Origin: Chrysomallon squamiferum | Taxonomy: Eukaryota; Animalia; Mollusca | Direction: 5' to 3' | DNA length: 64,000 bases | Assembly: GCA_012295275.1 (NCBI GenBank) | Contig: CM022678.1 | Span: 7,564,001-7,628,000 of the forward strand | In this document: positions 62,423 to 64,000 of the stretch, piece after piece | Layout: the number at the start of each line of letters is the position of its first letter | Numbering within the stretch: the first letter of the stretch is position 1 | Program-made: the position numbers and the translations under genes | Notes under the pieces: generated by a model | Told to the model about the DNA's origin: nothing | The model's database searches: none | What the model saw: only the letters and a program-made list of their open reading frames with translations

Positions 62423-63895
62423 AGACACATAAACTTGATAAAGCTTTTTAAAAGCTTTTAGCACCATGCTACTGCATGAAACACCCAGGTTATACATTTT
62501 TGTATATATATCAGATTATTAATTGTTTTAAATATACCATTAGTAAAAAATTTCACTTTTTAACACATACTAAAAACATTTTTAATTGAAGGGACACTAT
62601 TTAATATTTGCCAATGTGCACACATAAAAGTAAGCAGAAGTTGCAGACTTTATACCGTGTAGATTTAGAAAGATGCATCAAAATAATGTAGTTAGAAATC
62701 ACCATTTTATTATTATTTGTTTATTTATTTATTTTATTTTTATTGTTATTGTTATTTTGTTGTTGTTATTGTTATTATTTATTTCTATTTTTGAATAATA
62801 TCATTTATTTAGAGATTAATTGATTTATCATCTACAACATCTTCATGTATTGTCATGTAAACGTCTCCATTTTAATCCTCTTCATTATCATCATTGTCAG
62901 TCTAGGTTTGTAATATTAGTTTTTATTACAGGGCTGTTATATTGTAAATTATCTTTTCTGTGAAATTTTATTTTAAAACTTTATTTGCAGGTTATGTTTT
63001 GGTTAATTTAGCTTGCTCACTTGTTTATTAATTTTCTTATTTTTAAAGACCTGCTAATTATTATTGTCAGATCTAAATTAAACCATTGCTAAATTTATGT
63101 GTTTAAGATTTATTGATATATGTTATTACATACATGTACAGTCAAAACATTTATTATTATTATTTGATGTTTAATATTATTATTATTATTTGTAATTAAA
63201 CTTGAAAAGTATCAGTTTTCATCTTCAAGTTTTATATAATCTCATTTTGCAACTATATTTTAATTATTTTTTTAACGTTTATTATTATTTTTGATTCTTC
63301 TGTTCTGTTCTTTTTGTATTTTTCAGTTTTCATTATGTTTTTAATTGTTATAAATTATTTATTTTTTGATTTATTTATTTATTTATCCATCATTGTAAAA
63401 TTTTTATTGATTTGTTTTTGAGATTTCATCCATCATTATGTCATTAATATTTTTGAGATTTCTTTTAAATTGTTTTGTTTTAGTTTTTCTGTTAGTTTCC
63501 TGCAATGTACTTACACAAAACAGGCAGACAGGGGGAGCCACATACAGAAGACCTCCATTTCCAGGTACATTAATCATAAACAATATAAATTTGTGTCATG
63601 TGACAGCATCTCCAGGTACATTAATCATAAACAATATAAATTATACAATTTGTGGTGACAACAGGATTCTGTAGTCTAACTCCATTACATCATAAACCTC
63701 TCCTACAACCATGTACTTGATGCTTACTTTTTATTTTACAAAGTTCATAATTATTTATGGATTTGTAGCTAATACTAATTTGTTTTAATTTATTTTTATT
63801 TTAATTTTATTTTTTTTTATTTTTTTTTTCAGACTTGTACCGGTTGGGAAGAAGAACTCCGAGAAAGGATGGAAGTGAAGCTGGTGAATATTCAG
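58937..63895 (+). pseudogene. CAMSAP: CAMSAP/Patronin-like gene copy with premature stops and an internal deletion; probably continues past the right edge into the CKK domain
   Basis: Exons 58937-59051 (HKSII..LSRKEIY in a shifted frame..VVTETILMQTAPF*), 59349-59434 (NVHIVLIDVMMLAYASEVLSVECAVPTIR, cf. CAMSAP AHxAMIDALMMAYTVEMxSIE), 59770-60056 (LKQE..EQKKAEERARRKQIYEQYLQKK*..KPRPKSVF, CC3 region), 61713-61769, 63496-63564 (YRRPPFP) and 63833-63895 (..GEYSG, cf. EYTG|PKL before the CKK domain). In-frame TGA at 59046 and 59855. Possible first exon 58624-58706. Confidence 0.82.
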
Positions 63896-64000
63896 GTTAG
63901 ATAACTCTATTATTAAAAGCAAATTTATTACTACATCATCATTATTAATACTTTTATTATTGCTGTTTTTGTTATTCTCAGTATGAGTAGCTGTGAATAT

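Overview
This window is eukaryotic (animal) genomic DNA: AT-rich, dense in microsatellites, with spliceosomal introns and one 200-N assembly gap. A mollusc, probably a gastropod, is my inference from the repeat style and gene content. Most ORFs in the supplied track are simple-repeat artefacts, so genes were rebuilt by hand from splice signals and exon phase. (1) 916-7354 (-): first six coding exons of an intact-looking polypeptide N-acetylgalactosaminyltransferase (GALNT-A), which runs off the left edge. (2) 14440-27508 (+): a 12-coding-exon type-I membrane protein of about 620-630 aa with the architecture signal peptide-CUB-CUB-Ig-Ig-Ig-TM-short tail. It lies head-to-head with GALNT-A, needs one GC-AG intron, and has a spliced uORF whose stop overlaps its start codon. 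(3) 30423-32741 (-): three intact ricin-B lectin exons, the 3' end of a second GALNT whose catalytic exons are not in the window. (4) About 33-57 kb: a CpG-depleted block with decayed, partly duplicated exons on the minus strand, one of which is an inverted copy of a CAMSAP exon. (5) 58.6-63.9 kb (+): a CAMSAP/Patronin pseudogene-like copy with two in-frame TGA stops, in which N-terminal exons join the CC3 exon directly. Also present: a hAT MITE, two Tigger/pogo elements, Tc1 and LINE relics, and several minisatellites. No rRNA, tRNA, CRISPR or prokaryotic features were found.
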